Virus record (IMG/VR): IMGVR_UViG_2974506496_000001
Span: 128,001 to 192,000 of that record
Origin: a virus
Taxonomy: Duplodnaviria; Caudoviricetes
Length of the DNA stretch: 64,000 nt
Reading direction: 5' to 3' (one strand)
Numbering within the stretch: position 1 is the stretch's first letter; each line of letters begins with the position of its first letter. Made by a program: the position numbers and the translations under genes. Shown piece after piece: positions 1-11,021 of the stretch. The notes beneath the pieces are model-generated. The model saw nothing but the letters and a program-made list of their open reading frames with translations, made no database searches and was not told the origin of the DNA.

Positions 1-47
1 GCCATGTTAACACCTTTATCAAGTTGCTGCTAAAAGGATCACTCATC

Positions 48-1664
48 ATGCGGTCAGCATTACTACCTTTTAACATTAAGATTACTGACTCCAAGCAGAT
101 CCCCTGGAGAATGATGCGACCCGTTACGTCGCTCGATATTTACGACGGCCTAACCACTGAGCTGAACGATAACGGTCTGTACTCAATTCCCATTTTTGGA
201 CGCGTTGGATCGGAAGAACGTGATGAGCGATTTAGCTACATCCACATCAAGTGCGCCGTGTTCCATCCTGATATCTTCCGGGCACTGACTGCATTAAAGC
301 AGATGTACGCAGGGATTCTCTCCGGTAACGTGTACGCGACATGGAGCGAGGAAGAGAAGGACTTCATAAAATCTACCCCGCTTGATGGCGACACCGGTTT
401 TTCCTTCTTTGTTAAACATTGGAAAAGCATAGAATTTAAGCAGACTGGCTCGCCGGCCCGTAGCGACAAGATCGCCCTGGTCGAGAAGTTCAAGGACGTG
501 GCCCTCTATCGTAACATCCTGGTCTCACCAGCAGGCATCCGTGAAATCCAGATTGATGAGCGCGGGCGCACCATCGAGAACGAAGTCAACTCCCTGTACC
601 GTAAGTTATTGTCAGCCGCGAACACCATCACTGATGATCCTTCTGCCGCCGATACCTCACTGTATGACTCGGTGCGTTGGTCGTTACAGAACCGCTTCAA
701 TGAGATCTATAAAAGTTACGCGGACATGCTCGAAGGTAAACGCGGGATCTTACAACAGAAGTGGGGTCGTCGTCGTATCTTCAACGGCACCCGAAACGTC
801 ATCACGGCCGCCCCTATCGGTACAGCCACACTCGGTGCGTTAAACTCCCCGCACATGAATGACACCCAGATCGGTCTGCATGAGCTGGCCCGTGGTGCAT
901 TGCCGTTAACCATCCATGGTTTATTGAATGGTTGGTTGAAGCATGTCTTTAATGACGGCACGCGTATTCAGGTCATCAACCCGAAGACCCTGAAACAGGA
1001 GTCGGTGGAAGTCGACATCCCGACCGTCACCAAGTGGACGACCCAGGAAGGCCTGGAGAAGCTTATCGCGGGCTTTAAAGATGTGACGTTGCGTAACAAG
1101 CCGATCACCATCCAAGGCCGCTACATCGGTTTGGTGTACGCTGACAACGATCATTTCCGGGTGTTCGGGGATATCGATGAATTACCTGCTTCGTTTAATC
1201 GCGAGCTGGTTCATCCGATGACCTACACCGAGTTACTGTACCTGTGTTTGTACCAACGCTGGAACACTCTTTATATGCTGGTTACTCGTTACCCCATTAC
1301 GGGTATGGGGTCGGTATATCAGACCAAAGCGTTTGTACGCACAACCATCAAATCCAGCGTGAAGATCGAACTCGATGCCGAATGGAAACCCATTCCTGGC
1401 GCGTACGCTACCGCCTTCCCGATTCACGATCGCTTTGCTGAGTTCATGGATTCGCTTTCAGTTCACCCCAGCCGCCTTGGCTTGCTCGGTGGTGACTACG
1501 ACGGCGACACCATGTCAGCAACCATCCTGCTCGGTGACGATGTCCTGCGGGAATGTGCGATGTTGCTCTCACGGCGTGAATCGTACATTACCGGACGCGG
1601 TGAGTTCTTGATCGATGTCACCAATGAAACCTTGGACTTTACCCTCAAGGCGCTGACTTCTTAA
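48..1664 (+). CDS. Virion RNA polymerase beta' subunit, N-terminal part with catalytic DxDGD (phiKZ gp180-like)
   Basis: GLYSIPIFG beta' N-terminal motif, GRRRIFNGTRNVIT, catalytic GGDYDGD near the C-terminus; directly upstream of a beta subunit. ATG at 48 preferred over TTG at 24. Confidence 0.9.
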   Translation: MRSALLPFNIKITDSKQIPWRMMRPVTSLDIYDGLTTELNDNGLYSIPIFGRVGSEERDERFSYIHIKCAVFHPDIFRALTALKQMYAGILSGNVYATWSEEEKDFIKSTPLDGDTGFSFFVKHWKSIEFKQTGSPARSDKIALVEKFKDVALYRNILVSPAGIREIQIDERGRTIENEVNSLYRKLLSAANTITDDPSAADTSLYDSVRWSLQNRFNEIYKSYADMLEGKRGILQQKWGRRRIFNGTRNVITAAPIGTATLGALNSPHMNDTQIGLHELARGALPLTIHGLLNGWLKHVFNDGTRIQVINPKTLKQESVEVDIPTVTKWTTQEGLEKLIAGFKDVTLRNKPITIQGRYIGLVYADNDHFRVFGDIDELPASFNRELVHPMTYTELLYLCLYQRWNTLYMLVTRYPITGMGSVYQTKAFVRTTIKSSVKIELDAEWKPIPGAYATAFPIHDRFAEFMDSLSVHPSRLGLLGGDYDGDTMSATILLGDDVLRECAMLLSRRESYITGRGEFLIDVTNETLDFTLKALTS

Positions 1665-1675
1665 TAAGGTGTCCC

Positions 1676-4600
1676 ATGATTCTTTATAATGCTTTCTTCC
1701 GTCGAACTGTAGTGCGCAAGAAAGAACAGATCTTTGGCCCGCGGTTCTTGCAACTGTCACAGTTTGAATTACCCCGTGGGTCATTGCTTCATTATATCCC
1801 AACGGATCTGACTGAACAGGGGATTGAGAACAACGACCTGTTGATCAACCGTTACAGTGATGACATCTATATCGACCACGTACCACAGATCCAAACGCCG
1901 TTGGGTAACCCTCAGCGCAAACCGATCTCCCTGATGCCTGCGATCAAGCGTTATCACAACACCCACCGTCGCTTTAAACTGGTGCGTAACATCAACTCCG
2001 TGATCCGCAACAAGCTGTACATGATCGTGGAGAACTACGCCATTGCTCAGCATCAGTTGGTGTATCGTCCGGCCATGTATTCCAACTACTACCGCTGGTA
2101 CAACATGCAGTACACGGTGATGCACAACATGACCCGGCTGCAAGGTGAGTCAGATCGCAACCAGTTTGTCTATCTGCCGATTCCTGCTTCGCTGCCACAG
2201 TTGGCCCAGCTGAAGATCTACGAAGAGCGTCTGTCAGCAGGCTTGGATAAAGTCAGTAATGGCACCGGGCTTGAGAACTTCGATGACCTCAGTGCCGAAG
2301 CGCGTATTGGTTACGCCATGGAAGCCATGCTGGAATACCAGGATACGGCGGACCTGAGTCAACCAATGGCACGTGACCAGGCGATGGCTTTCCAGACCCT
2401 GGTGATGAACGCCACCAATGACACGGTGAATCTGGCACAACGTATTCCCGGTTACTACAACGGCGATGCAGGCTCGGTGCTACGGGTTGGGATGGAAGCG
2501 TTGGGTGCGTATGCCTCGAAGGTGATGAACTTCACCCCGCAGCTGTCCATGGCGGTGATGAACCGTTTACGTACGCCGGCGGATTACTGGTTCATTCACT
2601 TCTGGATGTGGCTCGGTAATCAACGTGAAGCCTCGCTGTTCAGTATGCTTGACCACGACAAGCTCGATAAGATCCACTTGGTGCTGGGTAACGTTGGTGC
2701 GTACTCCGTCATCCGTTTGGATATTCTCGATCAGTGGCGTACTGAGATCTTAAGCAAGACCTCAAACCCTGAAACCGCGGTGCAGAACTTCCGTAAACAT
2801 ATCCTGAAGTTCTTGACCCGTCTGTTTGATGTGAAGAACGGTAACGAACTGGTTATTGAACATCTTGACGATGGAGCGGATGCACATGAGGTCGGTGAAG
2901 AAGGTCAGGAGATTGCGCCGGAGCAGGGCAGTGTGGTTCCGCCAACAGCAGATACCGGACTATTCGGTACTGAGCTTCCAACCCTGGACGACCCCGCCCC
3001 TGTCGTTGCGTCTAGCACTAAGAAGGGAACAAGTAAAGGAAAAGACATTGGTTCTGCTCTGAACGACGAAGAGCCGATCGATGCCGTGGACCTCTACGAA
3101 ACCCGCACCTTAGCCGATGACATCGACGACGATGAGTTTAACCACGACACTGAGAGTCGTCGGGGTGAAGCAGCAGCGTATACTGACACGAGCACTAATC
3201 CGGAAGACGGGGTGTTGCTCTACCTGGAACGCCTGAGCGATGCCGGCGTGTTGACGGTGGCGGAATACAAACGCTTCCAGCAATTGGCCGTGGCGTATAA
3301 GAACATCCCCAATCCCGTGGGTGAGGGGACGTTAGCCGACCTGATGATTATCGACCCGTCAAAGGTCACTGATCTCGGTGGTCTCGATGCCCCGGACTCA
3401 ATCAGTATTATCGATAAGGGCTTACTGAAATCCTCGACCAAGGACTTTGATAAGAACTACATCAAGAACCTGATGGAAGCGGATATCCTCAACGCCGTGT
3501 TGTCGATTCAGAACTCCGGTGTGGCGATCATCGATTACCAGCGTGAAGAGAAGAAAGACGCCCGCAACAGCTACGTGGTTTACAGCGTGCAGGTGCAGCC
3601 GGTTGGCGGTAAAGTCACTACCCTGCGTTTTCGTGTCCCGAAGTTGAACGAAGATGGTACCTCGGTGGTCAATGGCGTGAAATCCCGTCTGCGTAAACAG
3701 CGTGTGGATATTCCGATTCGTAAAGTCTCTGCCAGCAAAGTCTCATTAACCAGTTACTACGGCAAACTGTTTATGGAGCGCTCTGAACTGTCGGTGCACA
3801 ACTACAGCGAATGGTTATCACGGCGTATCAAAGCGCTGGCGATTGCGGATACTCCAGAGATCACCCGTCTGGTACTGGGTCGCTCCTTTGATCCAAAGGT
3901 ACGTGTCCCTCACCTGTATGCGATTCTGGCCTCGCAGTTCAAAGGCTTCCAGTATCTCGATTACACCTTCAACTTTAACCGCCGGGAAATGGTGGCGGTG
4001 TTTGGCGAAGAGGTGATTGAGAAATACGCTGAGAACCGTTTTGTGGTCTGCGGGATGATCGAAGACAGTCCGCTGTTGATGGATGATAACGGCACGCTGT
4101 ATCAAGCCAACAATGACGTGTTGTCAAACCTGGGTGATTTCGAAACCTTAATTGGTCTGGATGTTTCCAAGGCACCGATCGAAACTGTGGTGTTAGGCGT
4201 ATTCCGTCAGAAGGTACCGATCGGGATTATCCTCGCGTACTACTACGGTCTGGGTGCGATGATTGAGCAGTTCAATCTGCAGGTGCGTACGGCTAACCGA
4301 GGTGAGCGTTATCAACTGACCAAAGATGAACGGGCGATCTTGTTCAACGATGAAGTGCTGATCTTTAACCGTACCGATCGTTTGGGTGCGATGTTACTGA
4401 ACGGCTTTAACTCGTATGCCAAAGAAGTCAGTCGCTTCTCGCGGTATGACTTTGACCGTAAGTCGGTTTACCTGAATGTGCTCTCTTCTGCGGGTATGGG
4501 CGTGCGGTGGTTACGTGAGTTCGATCTGATGCGTGAGATGTACATCGATCCGATCACGCGTGAAGAACTGCTGAAGATGAATGCGCCGGTGAAGTTTGAT

Positions 4601-6259
4601 CTGCTGCTGGTTCATGGCACGAAGATGCTGCTGAATGATCAACACATTCGTGAGACCTCATTCCGTGAGCAACGTGTGCGTGGTGCCGAGCGTATCTCGG
4701 GTGCTATCTATCTGGAACTCGTGCGTTCAATGCGTATCCAGAAAGCGCGTGCTACGTCATCGAAGGTGGGCTTGGAGTTACACCCAGATGCAGTCTGGTT
4801 TGATTTGATGCAGGATACCTCCGCGATTCCGGTCGAAGAGTGTAACCCGATTCACAACATCAAAGACATGGAAGTGATCACGTATGGCGGAAGCGGTGGA
4901 CGTACCTCACGTTCCATGACCAAGCCGACACGTGAATACATCAAAGACAACATGGGGATGATCTCTGAAGCTTCGGTCGATAACGCCGATGTAGGGTATA
5001 CCGCGTACATGTCGATGGACCCGTTGATGACCGACCTGCGAGGGAACACCCAAGCAGCGACCGATGACACCAGTCCGACGCATATCGTGTCAACCTCTGC
5101 ATTGTTAGCCCCTGCAGCTGACCGTGATTCACCGAACCGTACCAACTTCATTTCGATTCAGCACTCCCAGGCAATGTATGCGGACGGGTATCAAACCACC
5201 CCGTATCGTACTGGCGCTGAGCGTATGATTGCACACCGTGCCTCTAAGCTGTTTGCCTATGCGGCGGAAGAAGATGGTGTGATTACCGAGATCTCTGCGA
5301 AGCACTTAATGGCGCAGTACAAAGATCGTCGGGTTGGGGTCGAGCTCGGGATTCGTTACGGGAATGCTTCTGGTACCACGTATGTGCATCCGATCATCAC
5401 CGACATGGCGGTAGGGCAGGCGTTTAAGAAAGGTGACATTCTGTGTTGGAACCGAAATTACTTCGAACGTGATTTCATGGAACCGATGCAGTGCTCTTGG
5501 AAGGCAGGGGCGATGGTACGGGTTGCATTAATGGAAGAAGAGTTTACCTTTGAAGACTCCTCGGTCATTTCGCAAACCACTGCCAAACGTCTTGGAACCC
5601 GGACGGCGAAGCCAATTGCTATTACAGTTGACTTCACTCAAGAGGTGCGTAACTTACTCCCGGTCGGCACGCAAGTAGACCCGGAAACTATTTTATGTAC
5701 CCTGGAAGATCCAGTCACGGCGAACCTTGGGCAGTTTGATGACGAGTCATTCGACAGTTTACGAATCCTTGCCAACAAAAACCCGAAAGCCAAAGTTACC
5801 GGTGAGATCGCAAGGATCGAAGTAACGTATCGCGGCAGTGTCGATGACATGTCCGAATCGTTAGGGTTGATCGCGAACCGCTCTGACCGTGAACGCACTA
5901 AACTCAATCGTCAGCTGGGTAACAATGAAGCGAACACCGGTGAGTCATTGACACCGATTCGTGTTCAAGGGACCCCACTGGAAGCCAACCAGGCAATCAT
6001 CGAAGTTTACGTCATTACCCCAATGCCGACACTGTCAGGCGATAAAGGGGTGTTTGCTAACCAGATGAAATCCACCTTCGGGTCGATCATGCCAGACGGT
6101 ATCACGACAGCCTCCGGTAAACGCCTGGATGCGAAGTTTAGTAACAAGAGTATTGCCAACCGTATGGTAACCTCTCCTTACGTGATGGGCACCACCAACG
6201 TCCTTCTTGACACCATTACCCGTAAAGCCTGTGCGATGTACAAACGTCTCAAAGGTTAA
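1676..6259 (+). CDS. Virion RNA polymerase beta subunit (phiKZ gp178-like)
   Basis: 1527 aa; beta-like motifs DEDG-type NEDGTSVVNG, GGSGGR, FTFEDSSVIS, GDKGVFANQMKS; synteny with the beta' gene. Confidence 0.9.
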   Translation: MILYNAFFRRTVVRKKEQIFGPRFLQLSQFELPRGSLLHYIPTDLTEQGIENNDLLINRYSDDIYIDHVPQIQTPLGNPQRKPISLMPAIKRYHNTHRRFKLVRNINSVIRNKLYMIVENYAIAQHQLVYRPAMYSNYYRWYNMQYTVMHNMTRLQGESDRNQFVYLPIPASLPQLAQLKIYEERLSAGLDKVSNGTGLENFDDLSAEARIGYAMEAMLEYQDTADLSQPMARDQAMAFQTLVMNATNDTVNLAQRIPGYYNGDAGSVLRVGMEALGAYASKVMNFTPQLSMAVMNRLRTPADYWFIHFWMWLGNQREASLFSMLDHDKLDKIHLVLGNVGAYSVIRLDILDQWRTEILSKTSNPETAVQNFRKHILKFLTRLFDVKNGNELVIEHLDDGADAHEVGEEGQEIAPEQGSVVPPTADTGLFGTELPTLDDPAPVVASSTKKGTSKGKDIGSALNDEEPIDAVDLYETRTLADDIDDDEFNHDTESRRGEAAAYTDTSTNPEDGVLLYLERLSDAGVLTVAEYKRFQQLAVAYKNIPNPVGEGTLADLMIIDPSKVTDLGGLDAPDSISIIDKGLLKSSTKDFDKNYIKNLMEADILNAVLSIQNSGVAIIDYQREEKKDARNSYVVYSVQVQPVGGKVTTLRFRVPKLNEDGTSVVNGVKSRLRKQRVDIPIRKVSASKVSLTSYYGKLFMERSELSVHNYSEWLSRRIKALAIADTPEITRLVLGRSFDPKVRVPHLYAILASQFKGFQYLDYTFNFNRREMVAVFGEEVIEKYAENRFVVCGMIEDSPLLMDDNGTLYQANNDVLSNLGDFETLIGLDVSKAPIETVVLGVFRQKVPIGIILAYYYGLGAMIEQFNLQVRTANRGERYQLTKDERAILFNDEVLIFNRTDRLGAMLLNGFNSYAKEVSRFSRYDFDRKSVYLNVLSSAGMGVRWLREFDLMREMYIDPITREELLKMNAPVKFDLLLVHGTKMLLNDQHIRETSFREQRVRGAERISGAIYLELVRSMRIQKARATSSKVGLELHPDAVWFDLMQDTSAIPVEECNPIHNIKDMEVITYGGSGGRTSRSMTKPTREYIKDNMGMISEASVDNADVGYTAYMSMDPLMTDLRGNTQAATDDTSPTHIVSTSALLAPAADRDSPNRTNFISIQHSQAMYADGYQTTPYRTGAERMIAHRASKLFAYAAEEDGVITEISAKHLMAQYKDRRVGVELGIRYGNASGTTYVHPIITDMAVGQAFKKGDILCWNRNYFERDFMEPMQCSWKAGAMVRVALMEEEFTFEDSSVISQTTAKRLGTRTAKPIAITVDFTQEVRNLLPVGTQVDPETILCTLEDPVTANLGQFDDESFDSLRILANKNPKAKVTGEIARIEVTYRGSVDDMSESLGLIANRSDRERTKLNRQLGNNEANTGESLTPIRVQGTPLEANQAIIEVYVITPMPTLSGDKGVFANQMKSTFGSIMPDGITTASGKRLDAKFSNKSIANRMVTSPYVMGTTNVLLDTITRKACAMYKRLKG

Positions 6260-6280
6260 CGGCGCAACTGCAAGGTGATA

Positions 6281-6997
6281 ATGATGAACAAAGACATTTT
6301 AGAAGTCCAGCAGATGTTAATCGGCGGTGGCTTCAATGTCGGGAAAGCAGGTGCAGACGGTCTCTACGGCCCGAGTACCCGTGAAGCCCTTCGTCAGTGT
6401 ATTGCCAAAGCAACCACCGGTGGGGCCGCAAGCCCCACCACTCCTATCGTTAGCACTGGCGATAGTTATGACCTGGCCTGGAGTGCAAAAGTCACTCCAG
6501 AGTTTTGTCGTAAGGTTGAGCACATGGCACAAGCACTGCTACTGCCCGCTGATGGCGCCAACAACTTCATGGCCTGCATGGCTTTTGAAACCGGCGAAAC
6601 CTTCAGCCCCAGTATTAAAAACGGCGCCGGTGCACCTTACTATGGTTTGATTCAGTTTGGTGCCGATGCAGCTATCGATTTGAAAACCACCACTGATGCA
6701 CTGCGTAAGATGTCGGCGTTTGATCAGCTGGATTACGTGTACGAGTTCTTCCGTCCGTATGCCGGCAAACTCAAAACGCTGAGCGACATCTATATGCGTA
6801 TTCTTTGGCCACGTGCCGTTGGGCAGCCAGAGTCGTATGAGCTGTGGAACAAAGTCAGTCGCCCTACCACCTATCTTCAAAACCGCGGTTTGGACATCGA
6901 CAAAAATGGCTCGATAACCAAAGCCGAGGCTGCGCAGATGGTGACGGCAAAATTAACGCGTGGCATGCAACCACAATTCCGTCGCAAGTTAACATAA
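6281..6997 (+). CDS. Endolysin / lytic transglycosylase with N-terminal peptidoglycan-binding domain
   Basis: QQMLIGGGF..GADGLYGPSTREAL PG-binding signature; lysozyme-fold FETG...YGLIQF; EF-hand-like DIDKNGSIT. Confidence 0.8.
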   Translation: MMNKDILEVQQMLIGGGFNVGKAGADGLYGPSTREALRQCIAKATTGGAASPTTPIVSTGDSYDLAWSAKVTPEFCRKVEHMAQALLLPADGANNFMACMAFETGETFSPSIKNGAGAPYYGLIQFGADAAIDLKTTTDALRKMSAFDQLDYVYEFFRPYAGKLKTLSDIYMRILWPRAVGQPESYELWNKVSRPTTYLQNRGLDIDKNGSITKAEAAQMVTAKLTRGMQPQFRRKLT

Positions 6998-7021
6998 GTT
7001 TTTATCAGTAAGGAGAGGTGT

Positions 7022-7222
7022 ATGTCACAGGTTAGCCTGTATGATAACGCAAACGTCGTCGCGAACATCATCAGTGTCACTGCTGCAGTGCATGAAGCTG
7101 TCGCCGGCAATGAGATCGCTGCATTGAGTTCGCCAAAAGACCCGGGTGCGTTAAGCTACCTGATCGCTGCGAAGCTGCAAGCGCGCATGGCTTCAATGAT
7201 TGCCAACGGAGCCAATAAATGA
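7022..7222 (+). CDS. Small hypothetical protein
   Basis: Strong RBS (AAGGAGAGG); ATGA-type overlap with the next gene. Confidence 0.65.
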   Translation: MSQVSLYDNANVVANIISVTAAVHEAVAGNEIAALSSPKDPGALSYLIAAKLQARMASMIANGANK

Positions 7223-8757
7223 TCAGAAAAAATGAAGCTGCTGCCGGTGTAGAACTGGCACAGTTACTCACCCGTTCTGGTGTGAGTTTAGTTGCTCAGG
7301 ACAACCTGCCACTGGGCGCCCTGCGTCTGGCCACGGAAGTGGTTACACCTGTTAGCGATGATGATGTCGAAGCCACACTGGTAAATCGCACGAAAGCGGT
7401 GATGCTGGGCGGGGTAGAAGAAGATGGGTCACCGCGCATGATTCCGTCTGAACACGGTTATGCCAAAAGTCGTCTGGTTGATGCGATGGCTGCCGGTGTG
7501 AAAGCGGTGATCAGTGCGGCTCGTACTACGGTCATTCCGTTGATCCGCAGTTCACACGATGCGGTAGACAAATATGTCGCTGAGAAAACTGACCCGCTGG
7601 CGATGATGCCGGACCTGGCCGTTTACAACTACGACGCGGTGTGGGATTCGCAGATCGTCGATGGTGTGGTTACGCACTACGCACAGGTAGCGCTGGTTGG
7701 CATGCCGATCGTTAGCCTGCCCGATCTGAGCGATGAACAATTGGCTGAGCTGGTCTCTTCTGGTTCATCTGAGCTGCGTGATTTTGTTCAGCGTCTGACT
7801 GCGTCTCAGCCGGATCTGGTGCGGGCGATCTATCAGGTGTGGTTCCAGGGTGCAGCGGTGTCTGATTCGGATGACTTCAGTTATCTGAGCCGCTCGCTGA
7901 CGGTGACTGCGGATGCACGTGCGTTGGCGATTACCGGTAATGATCCACTGGATGTGCGTCGTTCGTACGAACCCATCGTACTGGCGTATCTGATGGCTGA
8001 CAACCTGTACAACAACCCGGTTGCGGGTTCAGGTCTGGGTGCTGATCGCTATGCCATGGTGACGTCTGCCTTCCGGGCGCACTTTGCCAAATGCATGGAG
8101 CGGATCTATCGCGTGCGTTCAGGTAACCTTGATCGTAAGATCCTGGTCATTAGCATGCCGGTGGTTGACTCTTGGCGTTCTTATGCGCTGACCGGTGAAC
8201 GTCTGCTGATCAATGGTGATGTGTATAAATGGTACCTCGAAGCCGGTGGGTCGGTGGAAGCGCTGGTTGGGAACTGCTATACGGAGCGTTCTATTAATGC
8301 CCGTACTATCCTTGATGCCAAAGACCGTCTCGAAGCGGAGTTTGCGCGTATTGGTAGCATGGCCAAATCCATTGCGGTCACTAACCTGCACACGCTGACC
8401 ATCCAGGGTATTTTGAACGTGGTGGAAAACCATGTGGTCAACGAGATCGATATCCAAGCGTGGGATAAGATGTACAGTAAGTACAACTACACCACGACCA
8501 AGAACGATGCGATCACGGATGTGCGTCATTACTTATCTTCTATTCAGAACGTTTCGACGTATGAAGCAGTGGATAATGTCCTGACCTATATCTTCGCCTC
8601 GATGATCTACGGTCCACTGGAAACCGCACCGTTCATGCTGGCCATGGCAACGTACCCTGATCAGACGCTGTCTCCACGTGAGATTGCGGCCCATGTTGAA
8701 ATCGACATGGTTCTCGACAACCTGCTGAACATGACGTACTACCGCGGCCTGCGTTGA
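7219..8757 (+). CDS. Putative virion/head protein of the vRNAP-protease module
   Basis: 512-aa ORF in operon; position between vRNAP and protease genes as in phiKZ-like phages. Confidence 0.6.
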   Translation: MIRKNEAAAGVELAQLLTRSGVSLVAQDNLPLGALRLATEVVTPVSDDDVEATLVNRTKAVMLGGVEEDGSPRMIPSEHGYAKSRLVDAMAAGVKAVISAARTTVIPLIRSSHDAVDKYVAEKTDPLAMMPDLAVYNYDAVWDSQIVDGVVTHYAQVALVGMPIVSLPDLSDEQLAELVSSGSSELRDFVQRLTASQPDLVRAIYQVWFQGAAVSDSDDFSYLSRSLTVTADARALAITGNDPLDVRRSYEPIVLAYLMADNLYNNPVAGSGLGADRYAMVTSAFRAHFAKCMERIYRVRSGNLDRKILVISMPVVDSWRSYALTGERLLINGDVYKWYLEAGGSVEALVGNCYTERSINARTILDAKDRLEAEFARIGSMAKSIAVTNLHTLTIQGILNVVENHVVNEIDIQAWDKMYSKYNYTTTKNDAITDVRHYLSSIQNVSTYEAVDNVLTYIFASMIYGPLETAPFMLAMATYPDQTLSPREIAAHVEIDMVLDNLLNMTYYRGLR

Positions 8758-8777
8758 TCTAACAACTGGAAGAAAAC

Positions 8778-9503
8778 ATGGACCTGTCTAAATTAACACG
8801 CAATAAAGACAAGGTCCGTGCCAACCTTGTAAAGCTTGACGACAACTCAGTAGTTGCAAAAGGGGGATGTAAGATTTACATCCCTGGTCGTTATGTCAAC
8901 AAAGGGCTGGCAGGGATCGGCGACACGATCTGGACGGTGGGGATCTTTACCATCGTGACTGACTCGGGCTTTTATTGTACTGCGCTGGGACCAGCAACCA
9001 TTACACTGGACCCGACTGATATTCGTCAAGTGAAAGTAGATGGTAATCCGTACTACGAGTTCTCTTTTGAACCCGGAGCGACGGTGATCCAATCTACCAT
9101 CGTTGGTAAAAACGATCGTCTAATCGGTCCGTTGTTTAATGAGTTCCTGATTAACGGGAATGTGCCTTACGGGTTTAATCTGCTGGACCTGATCAAGTTG
9201 TTCAAGTTATCACAAAAGTACTGTGGGTTTACCATGGGTACGAACAACCAGATCTTCGAAGCGATCGTGAACATCGTGGCACGTGATAGCAAAGACCTGA
9301 ACAAGCTGTATCGCTATACGGTGAACTCGCTGGATGAGATCTACACCAATCCGCCAACCATTATTGGGCTGCGCAATGCGGCGAAGACCTCAACCAATAC
9401 CGTGGCGAAACTGGTGGGTAGTTATTTTGCTGACGGTCTGGTCTCTGCCTTGATCAACCCGTCTGATCGTGTTGAAGGCGTAGAAGAGATTCTGAGGAAA
9501 TAA
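8778..9503 (+). CDS. Conserved phiKZ gp176/SPN3US gp244-like protein (candidate small vRNAP subunit)
   Basis: Size and position upstream of the prohead protease; C-terminal KLVGSYF..GLVSALINP..E.ILR resembles the end of beta'. Identity rests on synteny recall. Confidence 0.55.
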   Translation: MDLSKLTRNKDKVRANLVKLDDNSVVAKGGCKIYIPGRYVNKGLAGIGDTIWTVGIFTIVTDSGFYCTALGPATITLDPTDIRQVKVDGNPYYEFSFEPGATVIQSTIVGKNDRLIGPLFNEFLINGNVPYGFNLLDLIKLFKLSQKYCGFTMGTNNQIFEAIVNIVARDSKDLNKLYRYTVNSLDEIYTNPPTIIGLRNAAKTSTNTVAKLVGSYFADGLVSALINPSDRVEGVEEILRK

Positions 9504-9505
9504 CT

Positions 9506-10207
9506 GTGGACAACACTACGGCGATTAGCATCAATAACTTTTTGGACTTGTTCCCGAACACCATCCGCAACAATGTGGAGATCTTACAAGCCCCGGAAGG
9601 CGGTGAGGTGGTTTTCCATATTAGCACTAACCCGAAGATCAAGTTGTTTGAACCTCGGGTCTCTCGCCGTACCATGAATAAAGAAGACCGTAGTGTTCCT
9701 CGTATTTCTGCTGCTGCCACGTTAAATGGCTGCCTGTCTGGATACGCTGCGGCGATCTATGATTGGGAAGGGGTGTCTGCAGGGTGGGTCGGTGGCTGGA
9801 AGATTTACGCACTGACGTATGACATTGCACTAAAACCAAATAAAAAGATTCTGGCGGATGCAGAGAGCACAGAAGAGATTTGGCTTGTCGGCTACGATAA
9901 AGAACACCGGGCTTATCCCGCTGTCCCGATGGGTGAGGTCTTTTTTGTTTCGGTTGCTCGTCAAACTACCGGTGATAAGAACCGACCGCGCAAGACGGCA
10001 GTCGTGGCTTATCTGCGGGTTGGTGAAGGTTACACTTTGCCGTTGAACAAAACTACGTTATTACGCTCGGGCTTTTACCAGATCACGTATAACGATTATT
10101 ACCAGGCGATGGATGTACGTAATCCTCAGGACATAATCGTTAAGCCGATCTCAGCTGCCGTTTACGGCGAGTATAAAAAACTCGATGCCGGGCTACTGAG
10201 CTTCTAA
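9506..10207 (+). CDS. Hypothetical protein (possibly virion-associated)
   Basis: 233-aa ORF tightly packed in the operon; GTG start. Confidence 0.6.
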   Translation: MDNTTAISINNFLDLFPNTIRNNVEILQAPEGGEVVFHISTNPKIKLFEPRVSRRTMNKEDRSVPRISAAATLNGCLSGYAAAIYDWEGVSAGWVGGWKIYALTYDIALKPNKKILADAESTEEIWLVGYDKEHRAYPAVPMGEVFFVSVARQTTGDKNRPRKTAVVAYLRVGEGYTLPLNKTTLLRSGFYQITYNDYYQAMDVRNPQDIIVKPISAAVYGEYKKLDAGLLSF

Positions 10208-10228
10208 TCTTTACTTCTCGGTGAAATC

Positions 10229-11017
10229 ATGCCAGCGAATATTTCTTTTACTTGCCAGACCCTGCGTGGCACAAATAAAGCAGGCCTGTTGAAGCCGGAT
10301 GAGAATGGGTATTACACTGTTCTTCTGGGTGGGTTCAACTTACGTAACGAGATGGGGAACTTCTATCCGTTCAACAAATACCTGGAAGAGATCTTTAAAG
10401 CCAGCTCAACCTTTATGCGTCGTGTTGAGCGCGGTCACCTACGCGGTGAGATGGATCACCCCCAACCGTGGAAGGGAATGACGGAGCGGGAATGGTTCAG
10501 TCGTCTGCGTAAGATCGACATGGGGAATGTTTCACACCACATCCGTCGCGTGACCCTGGACTTCCAGAACTACCGGAGTCAGCATGGCGAAACGATGGTG
10601 GCGGTGCTGGGTGAAGTCAAACCGGGTGGCGGACCAATCGGTGATCGTTTAAAAGCCTCGCTCGATAACCCGGATGAAGACACCTGCTTCTCCATTCGTA
10701 CCCTGACCCTGGACCAACCAATGGTGACGGGTGCCTGGCGTAAGGATGTCTATGAACTGGTCACCTGGGACTGGGTGCCAGAGCCAGGTGTGCGTAATGC
10801 CACCAAGTATCACTCCCCGGGTCTGGAGTCGTTCCAGGAATACCCAATCAGTGCACAGACGGTACAGGATGTTCTGGCGACCGGTAATAATGGTGCAATG
10901 GGTTACGGGCTGGAATCCGGCGGTAGCGATATGGCAGGCTTGAACAACCTGATGAAAGACTATGCAGCCGCACCGGGTCAGAAAATCCTGACACGTAAAG
11001 CGCATCTGCGTTGGTAA
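10229..11017 (+). CDS. Prohead protease (phiKZ gp175/SPN3US gp245-like)
   Basis: LRGEMDHP (His), CFSIRT (Ser), TWDWVPEPG (Asp) motifs of T4 gp21-like head proteases; C-terminal GLE sites compatible with self-cleavage. Confidence 0.85.
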   Translation: MPANISFTCQTLRGTNKAGLLKPDENGYYTVLLGGFNLRNEMGNFYPFNKYLEEIFKASSTFMRRVERGHLRGEMDHPQPWKGMTEREWFSRLRKIDMGNVSHHIRRVTLDFQNYRSQHGETMVAVLGEVKPGGGPIGDRLKASLDNPDEDTCFSIRTLTLDQPMVTGAWRKDVYELVTWDWVPEPGVRNATKYHSPGLESFQEYPISAQTVQDVLATGNNGAMGYGLESGGSDMAGLNNLMKDYAAAPGQKILTRKAHLRW

Positions 11018-11021
11018 TCTG

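Noticed and set aside
48-6259. Introns or inteins in RNAP, terminase or DNA polymerase genes, common in related jumbo phages
   Set aside because: The ORFs are continuous and of expected size, with no intein splice motifs or homing endonuclease ORFs seen.
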